Assembly: GCF_009914755.1 (NCBI RefSeq)
Contig: NC_060929.1
Source of the DNA: the human T2T-CHM13v2.0 reference genome, Homo sapiens
DNA length: 64,000 nucleotides
Reading direction: 5' to 3' (one strand)
A program made the position numbers and the translations under genes. Shown here piece after piece: positions 26,626 through 41,399 of the stretch (the first letter of the stretch is position 1; the number at the start of each line of letters is the position of its first letter). Under the pieces are notes generated by a model, which ran no database searches, was not told where the DNA came from, and worked only from the letters and a program-made list of their open reading frames with translations.

Positions 26626-27865
26626 TATGAGTGTTGGCTGTTTGTTAGGACTCACATTCTGTACATGGAAACATTTATCAGGACTCTGATTTTGTAAGTG
26701 GAAAAATTTTCAGATTTTCTCAAGCCTTGCACGCTGTCATAAAATTTCATGAGGATAAAGTCATCAGTTCCCAGGAACACTGAAGAGTTACAGGGGAAGT
26801 GGGGAGGTGCAGGTAAGTGGGGGTATATATGAGTCACCAGAGGGACGTGAGGAGAGATGGGAAAGGAATGTAGACAACATCATGATGGACAAGCCTGGAT
26901 GTGCCAGGAAGCTCTAATCCACCTGGGAGGGCTGTGAATCAGCCCCCTTCCAGCAGGGTAGGTGTCCAGTTTCTGGCTGGTTGACCTGGGAGGAGGCCAT
27001 GGAAGCTGTTGCCCCATCAATCTATTGTTGAGAGATACAGCCATGAGCCTGGATGTTCCTACAACAATAATTATGCAAGAGCTAGTTTACAAAGGTGCTG
27101 ACAAACCCCACCTGGAGACAGTATTTCTTTAGCTCTGAAGTGTGAAATAAGGTGTGATTTTTTAAAAAACATAGATTCTGTTTTTCAGATATTGATTCTT
27201 TCTTTTGCATATTTGATAAATATTCAGAAATGTGAAATTGATTATACTTGAGCATGGTCTTACTTGAGCTTACTAGAGCGGTGGCTGTACTTAAGCTCTA
27301 CATCTCTGGGTAGTCACTGTAGGTATTTGGAGACAGGAGCTAAATTTCTGAACTGACTTATTTAAGTGGAATGCTATGCCCAGCTCTTCACTGGTTAAAA
27401 CTCCGCATGGTACATTTTATCCTCAATGGCTTTGCTCCTGGTCTTCCTAAGGGTGCAATAAATTGTGGCTTCTCTTACCTAGAACCAGTTTCTTCTCTTC
27501 TATCATTAAATAGGGCACTGTCACATGCCTTTGAAAGAAAGAGAAATTAAGTCATCCCATCTTTTGTTGTTCAGGATGGTGACACTTTCTGTTATTACTT
27601 TAGGTCAGGCAAGGAAAGAATTTAATACACTGTTGGAAGGCATTGGACATAGGAGGAAGTGCATGGTGCTCTGTGGCCTCTGTGAGTTAGACTTAGGCCC
27701 TAACATCCAATTGCAGGCAATCGAGGCTTCTCCCACTTGTTCCCTTTCTCCTTGTTTTCTCTTTTGCCTTTATTAGAATTTTTATTGTTGGCCTGATTCT
27801 GATCATTGGTAATTGTCCCTAGAGTGGACAGCCAGTTTGATTTAGGTGGACTTGTAAATAGGTAA

Positions 27866-28306
<441 letters not shown>

Positions 28307-28419
28307 TAAGATAGTGAGTGAATGCCTTCTCCTATCTAAACTTTCTGCTTTTCCTCTTCTGTCTTTTGTAAAAATGAATCCTACTCTGAGCAAGCTGTTT
28401 AAAAATAAAGATCATCCTC

Positions 28420-28657
28420 TGTCTCATCCACCATCTTCACTGTCAGTTTCCTCTCCCCTGCTTATTTTCTTACTTTTACTTTTGTTTTTTGTTTTGAGTT
28501 TCTAACATGCTATGTAATTATTGATTATGTGATTGTCTGTTTGCCTCTACCCATTAACATATAAGCTCAACCAGGGCAGGAAACGTGTTTGTGTTATTCA
28601 CTGATCTACCCCATGAACCCAGAATGCCGTCTGATACATGGTAGGCAGAATAAACGA
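28420..28657 (+). mobile_element. L2 3' end
   Basis: ttgtctgtttgcctc...ataagctcaaccagggcagg...ttcactgatctacccc...cccagaatgccgtctgatacatggtaggc. Confidence 0.7.
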
Positions 28658-31494
28658 GGAAACAAGTGTCCCAAAGAGGCCACTCCAAGAAATTCTTCAA
28701 CCTCTAAAAAAGACCCAATATTATATTTCTCCACATGGAGAAATATGGACTGCTATTAGAAAAAAAAAATCATCCTAAAATCATGTTCTATCAAAATACC
28801 AAATATTAAAAGGGAAAATATCAAAAGGGAAGTTTTGCTTTCTAACTGGTCATTGTTTTAGTTTTGAATTATTAAGTTGAAAGCATAAAAAGAAAACCAT
28901 CAAGTAGCACTTACACAGACCCACAAATGGCTCTGCAGACCATGGATTGAGGACCACAGGCCTAATGAGAAGTCACAGAATTCATCCCCAGGCCCTCCAA
29001 GGGAACTGGAATTTCTCACTTCACTCCCCAAGCTTCTGAGCAGCTGTACAGAGCTCTTGTGGCCTTGCCATTCCTCCTTCCATAGACACATTCAGCAATT
29101 ATCATGTATCTGCTGAGCCAGAGATAGAAGCACAGAGGTAGTGCCAGAAGGGCCACTTCCAGCAATATCGCTGATTGAAAAAGTTTCCTCAACTTTGAAT
29201 CATCAATAAGCTTCAACCAACGAGCTAGGAGTGCCATTGGAACCAGCGCCTCAGCTAGAAAGAATTAAGTACATGCAGAAGCGCTGCCTGACTTGGGGCT
29301 AGGTTGAGAAACACATAGTTCTTGATTCTCAGATGGCTCTTTGGAAGAAAAATCAAAGTGAAGTGACTAATTTTTAGTCTCTTTCTCTCTCCTCTCTCTC
29401 TCTCTCATGCATACATGCATATAAACACACACGTGCACGTGCATGGATACGCAGCTCTAAGGTTTTCTACAAGTGAGCTAAGAATATCCCTGGCTCCTTA
29501 GGAGGACAAAAGATCCCCTCCTGCACATCCCCAAAGACCTTTGTTTCACTCTTAGGTGTGGGAGAACTTATTTATGTCTAATCTTCTGCTTTTCAACTGC
29601 GTAAAGCATCAAAGCTTCTTTATCAGGTAGACTAAACTACATTAAGGATCAAAAAGAACACATAATATTTGTGATGGCCAATCATATTCTAGAGAGATGC
29701 TTCCCTCCCTTCCTCTCGTTATTTTCGTCTATTTCTCTTGCCCATGTGAAAACCTGGGTGATTTAAGCAGGTGCTCCAGTCTGCAGTGCTCTGGTTGTCA
29801 GTTGGCAATGGTGAGGTTAGGCATGAAAAGCCAATTTTAGATATTCTCCTGGTATTGATCTCCGCTTATCAGAAAGGCTTTTGCTGTGCCAGTTCACTTC
29901 TGTGCTTAGGCAAAGTCTTTTACAGATTTACCACCACAACTTACTCAATCTATTATAAAGTAGCATCAGCATGCAGGGTGTTTTTCCCCTTTCTTTGACC
30001 CAGTTTTAAAAACATCCAGCTAAAAATGCTTCATTAAGTTTACATAGAGGTTGCAAGGCAATCAGGATTCCTCCTGCAGTTGTGGCTGGAAGAATTTCTA
30101 CAAGTCCTCTACATCTTCCGCTCCAAAAGCTGCTGTCTTTGGGGCTACAGAACATCTGCCATGTGCAGGAAATACTTTACCAAAATTCAATTGAACTGTC
30201 AGACTTTTTTTCCCACCCTTTATTCCTTTTCCATTATCACTGATTACCCAGCTTATAAATTCCCAGTTCACACTTTCTCTTTGACCTGACTTCTCCCTGT
30301 AGAGCAATTCCGGAAACCGGGACTGTGGCCCTAATGCACACACTATTAAATATTGGCACTCAAAGTCACAAGAGTGTATTCCAGCTCTCTTGCTGAAGGC
30401 AGCTGGTGCAAGGCTCACTGCTTAGAGAAAAATGTGGTCAAAGCAAGTGAATGCTTTAAAAGATCTTTTAAGAAGTAATATTTGGGATACCTTGGTTCAT
30501 ATTCCATCCTGTCTGGTGTGGTCTTTTTATTTCTTACCTATGTGGACCATAGAGAGCACAACTTTTACCAACAGGCTTTTCCCAGTTCACAAGTCTAAGT
30601 CATTTCATTCCTTCACATTAGATTCTTTATGCTGAGAGTTTCAAATGGCAGCCTCAAGCTCCCAAGCAATCAGCAAATGTCAAATGTCCCCAAGCACTGC
30701 AACCATCTGAGATACTGAGCCACTGCCTGCCGAATGAAGATTGTATTATTAGTAGTGTAATGTTTCTGGTGGGGCGGGGAATAGAAAAGTCAAAGAAAAG
30801 AAAAAAAGATGCTGTTCACAGACACAAGCTCAATTGTCTTCAATTGCCCAGCATTGTCTAAGAACCAAAGTCATTCTAACATCAAATCTGGGGAGAGTTT
30901 GCTAACTTCATTACCACTTATGCCTTGAATAAATGATAAATGGCAGTGCGCGCTTCTAACTTTTCATGAATTTGTTTTAATACCTAGAATTTTTCTTCTA
31001 GGTAGGCTGAACTTCCCTCACTTTAAATTGTCTGTTTACTTTAATTAAGCTTTCCTCCGGCTCTCCAACTTGTTGAGCTTGACAAGCATTAATTTACAGT
31101 GAGCATTTTTTTTTTCCTTTTTCTTTCTTTGATTTTTTCAACTTTAGCCCTCTCATCCTTGCCTGGCAAAGAACCCAATGAGTAACTGACAAGCAACTTA
31201 TTACTAATCCCATCTTTCTTCGTGGGAAGGTGTCTCAATCAATACAAGTCAGAATTTCCAAGCCACTCCTGCTGATAGTGTGCATTGCGTGTCTCTGTGT
31301 TGGCTTCTTAGCGTAGGCATCTCAGATAGGATCTGGCAGACAGGGAGATGCTGAAAAATTCTCAACTTAACATTCCAGCTGTGACAAAGAGAAAAAAAAA
31401 TATATTGTTAGGGATAAATTTGGGAGACTGCTGAGTCTTCCCTCCACTGCTTATACCCCAATTTTAAGCTACATGCTGCTATCCATTCTTTATG

Positions 31495-31762
31495 TCCTAG
31501 TCCAATTTGACTTCTGAAAAATTTTCAGTGACCCTCCCTTTCCCCCTACCACCCACAGTTAAGTAAGGTTCCTCATCCCTGCTCTGAGAACACCATCTGT
31601 TTTTTCCATCATAGTGCTTCTTATATCCTATTTAAATTAACTTAGCAATTTAATTTAAATTGACTGGATTGTCAGCTCTCCAAGGAGCGAGAAAGCCTGT
31701 CTTATTGTCATATCTCACCTGGCAAATCATAGCTTCTCAAGAAGGAGACCTCTATTGAATAT
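31495..31762 (+). mobile_element. L2 3' fragment
   Basis: gactggattgtcagctctccaaggagc...gtcttattg...cctggca...ctcaa...tattgaat. Confidence 0.5.
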
Positions 31763-33144
31763 GATTTGTAAGCTCTGTGATCTGGAAGCTAGAGAGAGTT
31801 CCCACTCTTGCCTTTGTGTTTCAGACAGTGCATTGAGTTACATGTGGCAAATTTTTACCTGCCTCTTTAGATCTAAATAGAGCGCATTCTTAGGTGGAAC
31901 AGGGGCACTTGGAGACGGTGGGCCGGTGAGGATTGACTCTTTACTGTCCCAGTCTATCACCCGTATGCAGAGAAGATCAGGGCCAAGTTGCATATTTATG
32001 ATCTCTGAATGAATGTGCCTTCCCTACTTGCCCACGGGGAGCTCTCCCCTGAGTCTCCCCTCTGCCAGACACACTCCTGTGCTTTGATGGATGGAGCTGA
32101 CTGGGCAAATTGCTATGCTGATGAACTGCTCAGCTACCTGAGCAAATGTTCCAGAGAGATCTCCAGGGATATACCACATTTTAGAGAAGGATTCATCCCA
32201 GCCTGGGGTGAGCCTTTTAGCCCTTAGCAAGCTGAGTATGGTGGAGTAAGGAAGATGAAAGGACTACAGTCTCAGTTCTCACTTTTCTGCAACCCGAGTG
32301 CCTGTCCTTGGGCTGGCGAGAGGCCTTATTGCATTTTTCACTCCTCCCAGAAAGTTATTCAAATTGAGACCTACAGGTCTGGGTGTCACTATGCTCACTG
32401 AAAGAGCAAAATCAAGAAGCTGAACAGAAAGCACTTAAAGGGAGGATGCATTACCTTAAAATATGCAGATGGAAAACTGACATTATTGTCAATGTCAGAA
32501 GTCACCTTTCTGAGTAAACATTTACCTCTGGGCAAATGCAGGGATGTGTTTCTTTCCGTTTACAAATGACTGGGTATGCAAATGCAGGGGGTTAGAGTTG
32601 TGCCCCAGAAGGTGCAGTTGTCTTCTTTCATCTATCCATAACGAGGAACATGCAGGAATCTGTCAAAAAAGGCATCATGGGCTTGATTTGTACCTTCTGA
32701 ATAAAGGGGATGTCAGTGTTAAATCTGCCAGCTGGTTTTGTGCCTAAGTATTACATCAGTCTCTTGTATGATCTTGCATCCTGTGTAAAATGCAATATTT
32801 TGGCCTAATGGGCAGGATTAGCACGAGCTGGGAAGCCATAAATGAAAGTTTCTTGTTTCTAGAGAGCAAGTTAGAGCTTTTATATTATCTGCCGCGGAGC
32901 TCGGTGAATTTAAATGTATCTCTTGGGCTTTGGTAATATTCGTGTTAATGTCAAAATTGATCCCATTGTTATTGAGATGTGTGGTTTTTTCAGGCCGAAG
33001 ATGCACAGAGCCTGTTGCCAGGGCTGATGAATATATGCACCGGACACATTCTTTCTAACCGTTTCTCAGAACCGAGTGATGTTGTCATGTTATCATGGTG
33101 CCTGCTACCATATACTCTTCACAGGTCTACATTTTTCTGTAAAT

Positions 33145-33740
33145 CGCTTGTAAACTTAATTGATATGTATTGAAGACCTACTGTGTGCCTGGCATTTTGT
33201 TTGACTTTGGGGATCAAGCAAACACTGTTGCAACAGTGGGCAAGATCTGGGCTCTTTTGCCATAGGATTTATCCCTAGAAACACAGAGAGAGAGACAATA
33301 AAATAAATGAACAAGCAGAAATATTATAACTGAATATTTATGTTAGTGTTATGTGGACAAATTGCAGGAAGAGAGAAGAAATCACGAGGAGGGGAGCCAC
33401 TGGATCAGCTGATGACCAGGTGGTATTTAAGCTCAGAGAGGGTGAGGCAAAGATCACCTTGAAAATAGAGAGGGAAAGAGCTTTCATGGCAAAGGAATTA
33501 ATATGTGCGAGTATTCTAAGCTGGGGAAAAATTTTACATATTTAGAGCATTAAATGGAGCTAAGCATATCTAGCACAAAACAAGGGGACACAGTGGGATG
33601 ATACAGAATTAAAGAGATTCCCGCAGTTAACAGATCACACAGGGCATTGTAGCCATGGCAGAGTTTATTATTTTATCAAAAGTGCAATTAGAAGCCATCG
33701 AAGGATGTTTCTTAGTTCAATTTATGTCTTTACAAAGTAT
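33145..33740 (-). mobile_element. L2 LINE, left part (interrupted by L1MB)
   Basis: tattgaagacctactgtgtgcctggca...ggtatttaagctcaga...cagatcacacagggcattgtagccatgg...gaagccatcgaaggat. Confidence 0.7.
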
Positions 33741-33744
33741 ATTT

Positions 33745-34839
<1,095 letters not shown>

Positions 34840-35010
34840 CCACTATATTTTATGCTAGATAGAAAGGAAGCAAAAGAATAATAGGGAAAAGAGAAGAGGC
34901 TACTGCTGTAGTTTATTATTAAGACTATGATCACTTAGTGGCAATAGAGAGGCAGAGAATCTCAGGATTTAAAACATTTTAAAGGAAGAGGCTGCAGGAC
35001 TTACTTGTGG
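34840..35010 (-). mobile_element. L2 LINE, right part
   Basis: gaagaggctactgctgtagt...gtggcaatagagag...tttaaaggaagag...caggacttacttgtggat continues the L2 at 33145-33740. Confidence 0.5.
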
Positions 35011-35849
35011 ATAACATTCCAGTTCTTTGTATTTTGAACTCTGATATACTTGAAGTCTGTAGACCACACTTGTGGGGGTAAAAGACTGGCAAAATCCCTT
35101 TGACTGGCAGATGTGTTTAAGCTTGATGTCTTGGTGCATGACAAGGAGAGCTTTATTTTTAAACTCTTCAGTAGTCTTGGATGGAGTATGGGAGCTATTG
35201 CTGTTGACATGTGAATATTTGCCTGAACTGTCATACAGCAGTCATATGCTCAGTGTGAACGTGGCTTGTCTTGAGATTTGCAGTGATAACTAGCATGTGG
35301 CTAGAGTTGTTCATTCTCTCCCTTATTAGTAATGCGCGTCTTCCATTAGCATATGCAACTAACTACTCCCGTTCCCCTGTGCTGTGTTGACATTCATTGT
35401 AATGATTTATTATCCAAGCTAAATAACCCTCAATATGAAACAACAAACATGCCTATGTTTGTGTTTTCCATTGGTTTTGTTTTCCCTTTCTGGCTTCCAC
35501 ATAAGTAGATAGTTCTTTATGTGATGATTACATGCTATAGAAACAAGCAATGGGAAAGCCCACTAGAAAGGTTAAGAATGTTGGTAAGGTTTATTTTTAA
35601 ACTATTGAAAATCCACCAAACTTAGTGACATCCCCCATTAGTGCCTTGGAATTTAAAAAAATAATGTAGATTATTAGGAAAACGTTTGTTATGTGCAAAC
35701 ACTCCATATAAGACTTAACGATCTACGAAAGGGCCACATTTGGGCTTCCTATGGAGCCTCCAAAGCCCTTAGAAGCTTTATTTTATTTATTTGGGATGTT
35801 TCCACGATTATCTCAACCATCAGGAGCTCATAATGGTTATGAAGTGGTA

Positions 35850-36102
35850 GAGAGTGGTGGTGGGGATCCCAAGCTCTAAAGTTAGACTGCCTGAATTTAT
35901 ATACCAACAAAGCCACTGACTGTGTGACCTGGGATTATTTACTTAAGTTCCCTGAGCCTCAGTGTCCCTCTTCTATAAAATGGGAACATTAGCCATGCCT
36001 TTCTCATGAGATTCTTGTGATGATTAAGTAAGATAATAAATGTAAAGCTCTTGCAACAATGCCTATCTTAGAGTAAGTTCTCAATAAATGTTAGCTGTTA
36101 TT
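35850..36102 (+). mobile_element. MIR SINE, near full length
   Basis: gttagactgcctgaattt...ctgtgtgacctggg...cctgagcctcagt...tataaaatggg...taagttctcaataaatgttagctgttatt. Confidence 0.88.
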
Positions 36103-37349
36103 AGAAGTTCTCAGCCTCTGTTCCCTGTAACTTGGGAGACGGGATGTATAGGTAAGAAGGAGGAAGATTCTAGAGGGTGCGGCTCATGGTCACTTTCTTC
36201 CCCACATCTCCTAAACAGCAGCTCTGTTTTTGGTATCAAAAATCTGAAATAGTGTTACTTTACAGTTAAATCAACAGAAAGTTGTTCAGTTGATGTTGAA
36301 AACTATGGAATCGCCTTTTTAAAAAGGTAACTTTCATGATCCACCTCTTAATGCTCTCAGTTTTTATACTCTGTTTAGTTTTTATTGACATCTCTGTCAT
36401 GGGGCAGCTCATCTAGACAAGTTTATTGAAGGCAAATGATAGTGATGACTATGGTGCTTTGCACACAGATTGTCAATAACAATCTGGTTGTTTGGGGAGC
36501 ACTTAGAAATGTGGTTCATGCATGTGTGAACCTCGTCAGTGTAAGTTTTGTGCCATTTAACTGATAACATTTCATCCTCACTCACTCTGGTCATTTTATT
36601 TTTTATTGAATGTATGTAGTTACATTTTGGTCACCATGATAACATTTAACATCATTTTGGACACTGGGGCCTTTTCATTGGCTAATGATAATTTCTGTAT
36701 GTTAACATCACAGAAAACCAATTGCATTAGATTTTATCCAGTTAAACTACCTTACCTGGCTTACTATGGCAGTTTTGTTTTCTTGTTTTTCTGTCCAGTC
36801 GCCACTTAAAAACTAAACTGGTTATTCTTGCCGCAGGCTTTTCCCCAGTAGAAAATTGTTATTGGTGTTTTGTAAGTATCGTATTCCATTCAAAGGTAAA
36901 AGGCTCCTTCAACTTCCCATTTTTCCTGTGATTTTTTTTCTATACTATGTCTGCAAATCAACACTCCTGGGCTCAATTAAAATATGTATTTAGTCACTGG
37001 ACTTGCAGAGAAATGATCAAACTTGAATAGTAATACCCAGGCTATTGCCTATGAATACAAGGATTGTGTCCATTGAGGGATGGCTTTCAAGACAATGGCC
37101 AGTGAACCCAGGATGCCTGTGGGATTATTAGAGCTTGGTGTGGGTCTAAACCTGAAGTTTGCTAGTTTTTTTTTCCCCAGTAAAGACAGAGTTTGTTGTT
37201 CACTAAATTCACAATTGTATGGCTAGAATGTTCACATGGGAAATTCAAAGCTACTTTCTGTCTTCCCAGTGTCTAGTGATCCCATCTGCCAGAAGTTTAT
37301 TTTCCCAACATGTGCTCCAAGGACCTAACACATTGCATCAGGATAGCAC

Positions 37350-37715
37350 TAATATTTGTTGAGTTCTTACTATGTGTCAAGCTCTCCAGTCCTGGCTGTG
37401 GAAAGAATGATGAACAAAGGTAGGCACAGCCCCTACCTCATGGAGAATCCATTCAAAGGATTGGAAGAGGGAGTGATGTAGTCGTGGGAATCAATTGGGC
37501 AGAACAGCAAAGGCTTAGTGATTAAGAATGAGTATTCCAGACAAGGAAAGCAGGATATACATGACTCTATGGCAAGTTAGACAGGTGGCAAGTTAGACAA
37601 GTGGGGAACAAGGAGAAGTTACGGATGGCTGCAGCCAAGGAAAGCAAGGTCCAAAGTGATTCTGGAGAAGCGATAAGAACCAGTCCACCTAAGCAATGTT
37701 AGGAGCTTTGTCTTG
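37350..37715 (-). mobile_element. L2 3' fragments
   Basis: aatatttgttgagttcttactatgtgtcaagc...gcacagcccctacctcatggag. Contains a 16 bp tandem duplication at 37570-37601. Confidence 0.55.
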
Positions 37716-40700
37716 ACTTTTTATACCAACCTTAGTGCAATAATAGGTACTACTGATATTCGTTTTCCAATGTTTAAGCAAAAGTGGTAAACTAACTTCA
37801 TTCCTTACTTAGGAAGTGGCAGATGTGGGATTTGAACCAGAACTTGCTCTTGTAACCACCACGTTGCACTTCGTCTGTAAGATGCATGCCTAAAATTTTT
37901 ATGGAGTTTTGACTCACAGCATTATTATCCAGTGTCAATGTGGTCTTCCTGTAGGGTCTGTTACGTAAGTCTGCCATTGGTTTGCTTTTCATTAAAAAGA
38001 AATCTAACTTCTGGAAGAGTAAACGGGATACAACACAGTAAACTTCTGAACAGCTTTGGTTATCTGTACACTGAATCCTGGGTCTCTAAGACTCAGAGGG
38101 GGGCTTAAAATGAGGGTTTGAGGGCTGTTGGTCCCACTGGGGAGGACCATGGCTGAGAGAGGATAGTACAGCTTTCTTGGCAGGTTCCAAGTTGTAAAGC
38201 CCAAAATTAGAATTTAAAGGAGGCAAAAATTGTGTATCAGAAAATGTTTCAATGCACTCAAGGAATAAAAATAACCTGAGATTTAATATGAAGAGAAGAA
38301 AGAAGAGAATAAAAGAAGAAAGGAGAGGGGAGAGAGAAGAGAGAAAAAGAGAGCAACATCACTACATTATAAGGCTACTTCAATCGGTCACTCTCTCTCT
38401 CTCTCTCTCAACTTTTAGTCTGAAGCTAAACACTTGATAGATTAGCCCAGCACTAAAGAAAATGCCCTCTTTTATGTGTAAAAGCTTGGTAATTGCTGCA
38501 GAAAGATACTTAGTGGATCCTAATATTCATATAATCAGATTAGTTTTGAATCCTACCTCAGCAGAGGATGTTGGAATAATCCAATTCATGCCTGTTTACC
38601 TTGTCTGTGTGTTCACTTTTTTTCTAGTCATTTTATCTTTTCCGTTGGACTCAGTAGGTGCTAGCAACAAAGCTACCCCAGTATCTTAGAGAACAAGTCA
38701 AGTACCAATTCAAAAAGGAAGGAAAAATAGTAGATTTAAATGTTTGAAGAAGAGTAGGGTTTTGTTTGTTATTTTGTTTTTGCTTGTTTGCTCCTTTGCA
38801 TTCTTGGTAACAATTGAAACAATTCTATGGCTCTCATCCTACGCTACTAAAATTTTGTTGGGCAGTTAACATCTCAATTCATAGGCAACAGTCTCATGAC
38901 CAATCCTCTCTGAGCTTTGAACATATGGCTGCATCTGATGGCTTCGCTAATTTCACCAGGGAGAGTTTTAGAAGATCTCTATTTGAGGGGGCAGCCATTA
39001 CACAGATGAGTGATACACTGCTGGAATTAATTATTGCTTGCCAAGTTTAAGGATTGATTCATTCTAAACTCAGAGCCAAAAACTCATCTTAAAGCTGAAA
39101 TGTTTTTGATTCGCTGGTTCCAGCTCCCCTTCACAGACCCTCTAACCTAGCGCCATGTGTGTTTTGCTGTTGAGGGTGAACTACGTATCTGAATGCCCTA
39201 GTTTGAAATGCGCTTTCTAATTATATAAATATGGTGGCCATACAGTACCTGGGACTTATAATTAAGGATGATCTTACCTTGCAACTCCAGGCTTCCTTTT
39301 CTTCTGTGAAAGCTTCCTTTCTTCCTGAAATGAAAGTGGCATTTCAGCCATCTGTTGTGGGCTGCTGTCAATAAAAGAATCCAATCACATTTTACCCACA
39401 TGATTCTGCATGAATAGTAAACTTGGTCTTTATAAATTAATATGTGTTCCCTGGAATTTAGGAGTGGTCTTCAGTATTTCTGAACTTTCCTAAGATGAAT
39501 ACCACTTGAGAAAATAATATATCAAAAATATTATAATAATTGCTGGAATTTAATGGAGAAAAGTGGCAGAGATTATGGGTGAAAGCTACAGGTCAGTTTT
39601 GGAAATCTACCTAAAAGCATGTCAGTTGGGTGAGCTTTTTTCTCTGACCAATGTATCACTGTCAGGACATCACACTTATGGCTTGATTAGCTTTTTTAGG
39701 CAGCATGGCTCTCTATTCATTGTGGAAGTTATCCCAGTGGGCATTCTCCTAGGTTTCCCTGGGGAAAGGGTACAGGCCAACTTCTCTCATTTTATGTTAG
39801 GACTTTGAAGTCTGACGTTTTCAATTACATACCAGGCCCGACATTTTCTTTGAATAAAACACTTACCAAGTATCAGACCCACTTTTTTTTTTTTGCAGTT
39901 TATAATACAAAAAGCACCCTATTAATAGTTTGCTTCATATAGATTGTCACCATGCCAAGTTTAAGCACCTATAATAGCCAGGCTTGCATGTTAAATAGAA
40001 TCAGTATTCTGTTAACCAGAAGAACAAATAAAACCATTCTCAGTTTTCCATATGTTTAACCTCCTTGAAACTACTGACAGGTCTTTTATTTTGGAAGTAT
40101 ATTTTACACGGAAGGAGACTTCCTAAATATGATTTAATTCTTTTCTTTCCTCCAGAGAAATAGGATTTAAAACTTTGTACTTGTACCCTCCAGAAATGGC
40201 TCAACCAAACAGAGTCAAAATATCAGAGCAGTGAAAAAAGATGCTATATTGTTTCAGACTCAAGATCTGTCTCTTGTGATAAAGAGATTTAAATTCTCAC
40301 TGCTCACCAAGCAAGAGCCAATCTGAGCCATGGAATATATTGAAATGATAGAATGCTTTCAAGTTTAGCATTTGTGTGTGTGTGTGCTCCATGGTTGAAA
40401 ATTCTGTTTGAGAAATATGGTTAGACTATTTTGACAATTTTTAACCTGCTTAAATTGGATTTTTTAAAGTACACAAATTGATGTTCTGCCTACTTGGAGA
40501 ATGTTTTAAAGATATCAAGACTTCAAAGAAAAACAGTGAGAGTAAATCAGATGCAAACATCCCTGTATCCATCCTAGCAAAATTAGTTTAGTATTTCCTA
40601 GGGCGATGCTAAATTAGAATGATGCTCAGGCATTAGGGCAAGTACCACTGGTAATCATCGTTTTTGTTATGGGGTGGGAGGTGGCTGAGAAAAGAAAATA

Positions 40701-41399
40701 TATTTTCCTATCTTGTAGGAATCACCAAATGACATCAACTTCATAGATATTTTCTGAGGTTACAATTGAGAATTCTTAGTGTCCCTGCCACTGTCATGGA
40801 TAATTGTGTCATTTTCAAGTCTCTTGGAATTTGGGGTGTTGGGTGGCCTTTCTTACCCTTGTTGTTCTTTCCTGTCCTGCTATTTGGTCATCAGATATCA
40901 TTCTCTCTCTTATTGCAGGGTAAATTAGGTCCTGAAAATGGCAAGGAGTATTAGACACGATTTCGGCTCCAGAAGCTGAAAGCATTTTTTTTTTAAATGA
41001 AGCCAGAGAGATGGAGTGATCTGCTTGATAATAAAGCTTAGCTTTAATGCCAGCTCCATGCTGTTACAGCATATTACTAAACAGCAAGAACTGTGGCACA
41101 GATGTTGTGGCGGCCATATTTTACACCATGCAAAAGGTCATGTCGCTTGTTATTACATTCAGAATCAATATTAAGTGAGCGTTCCAAATTTCAGCTGTCA
41201 GTTGAATTTATTGCTGCAAACCAAAGCTGAAGGGTTCTCGACTGTGATTCAAGCAAGCTAACAAATTAACTAATATAAGGGCATGCCTAGAAGATGCAGG
41301 TGACCCACATGCCAACAGCAAAAGCTTGGTTCTTACATTGCTGCAAGAAAGAGCTGCTCCAGCTGCCAACCAGAAACAATTGTCATCTCAATAATAAAA

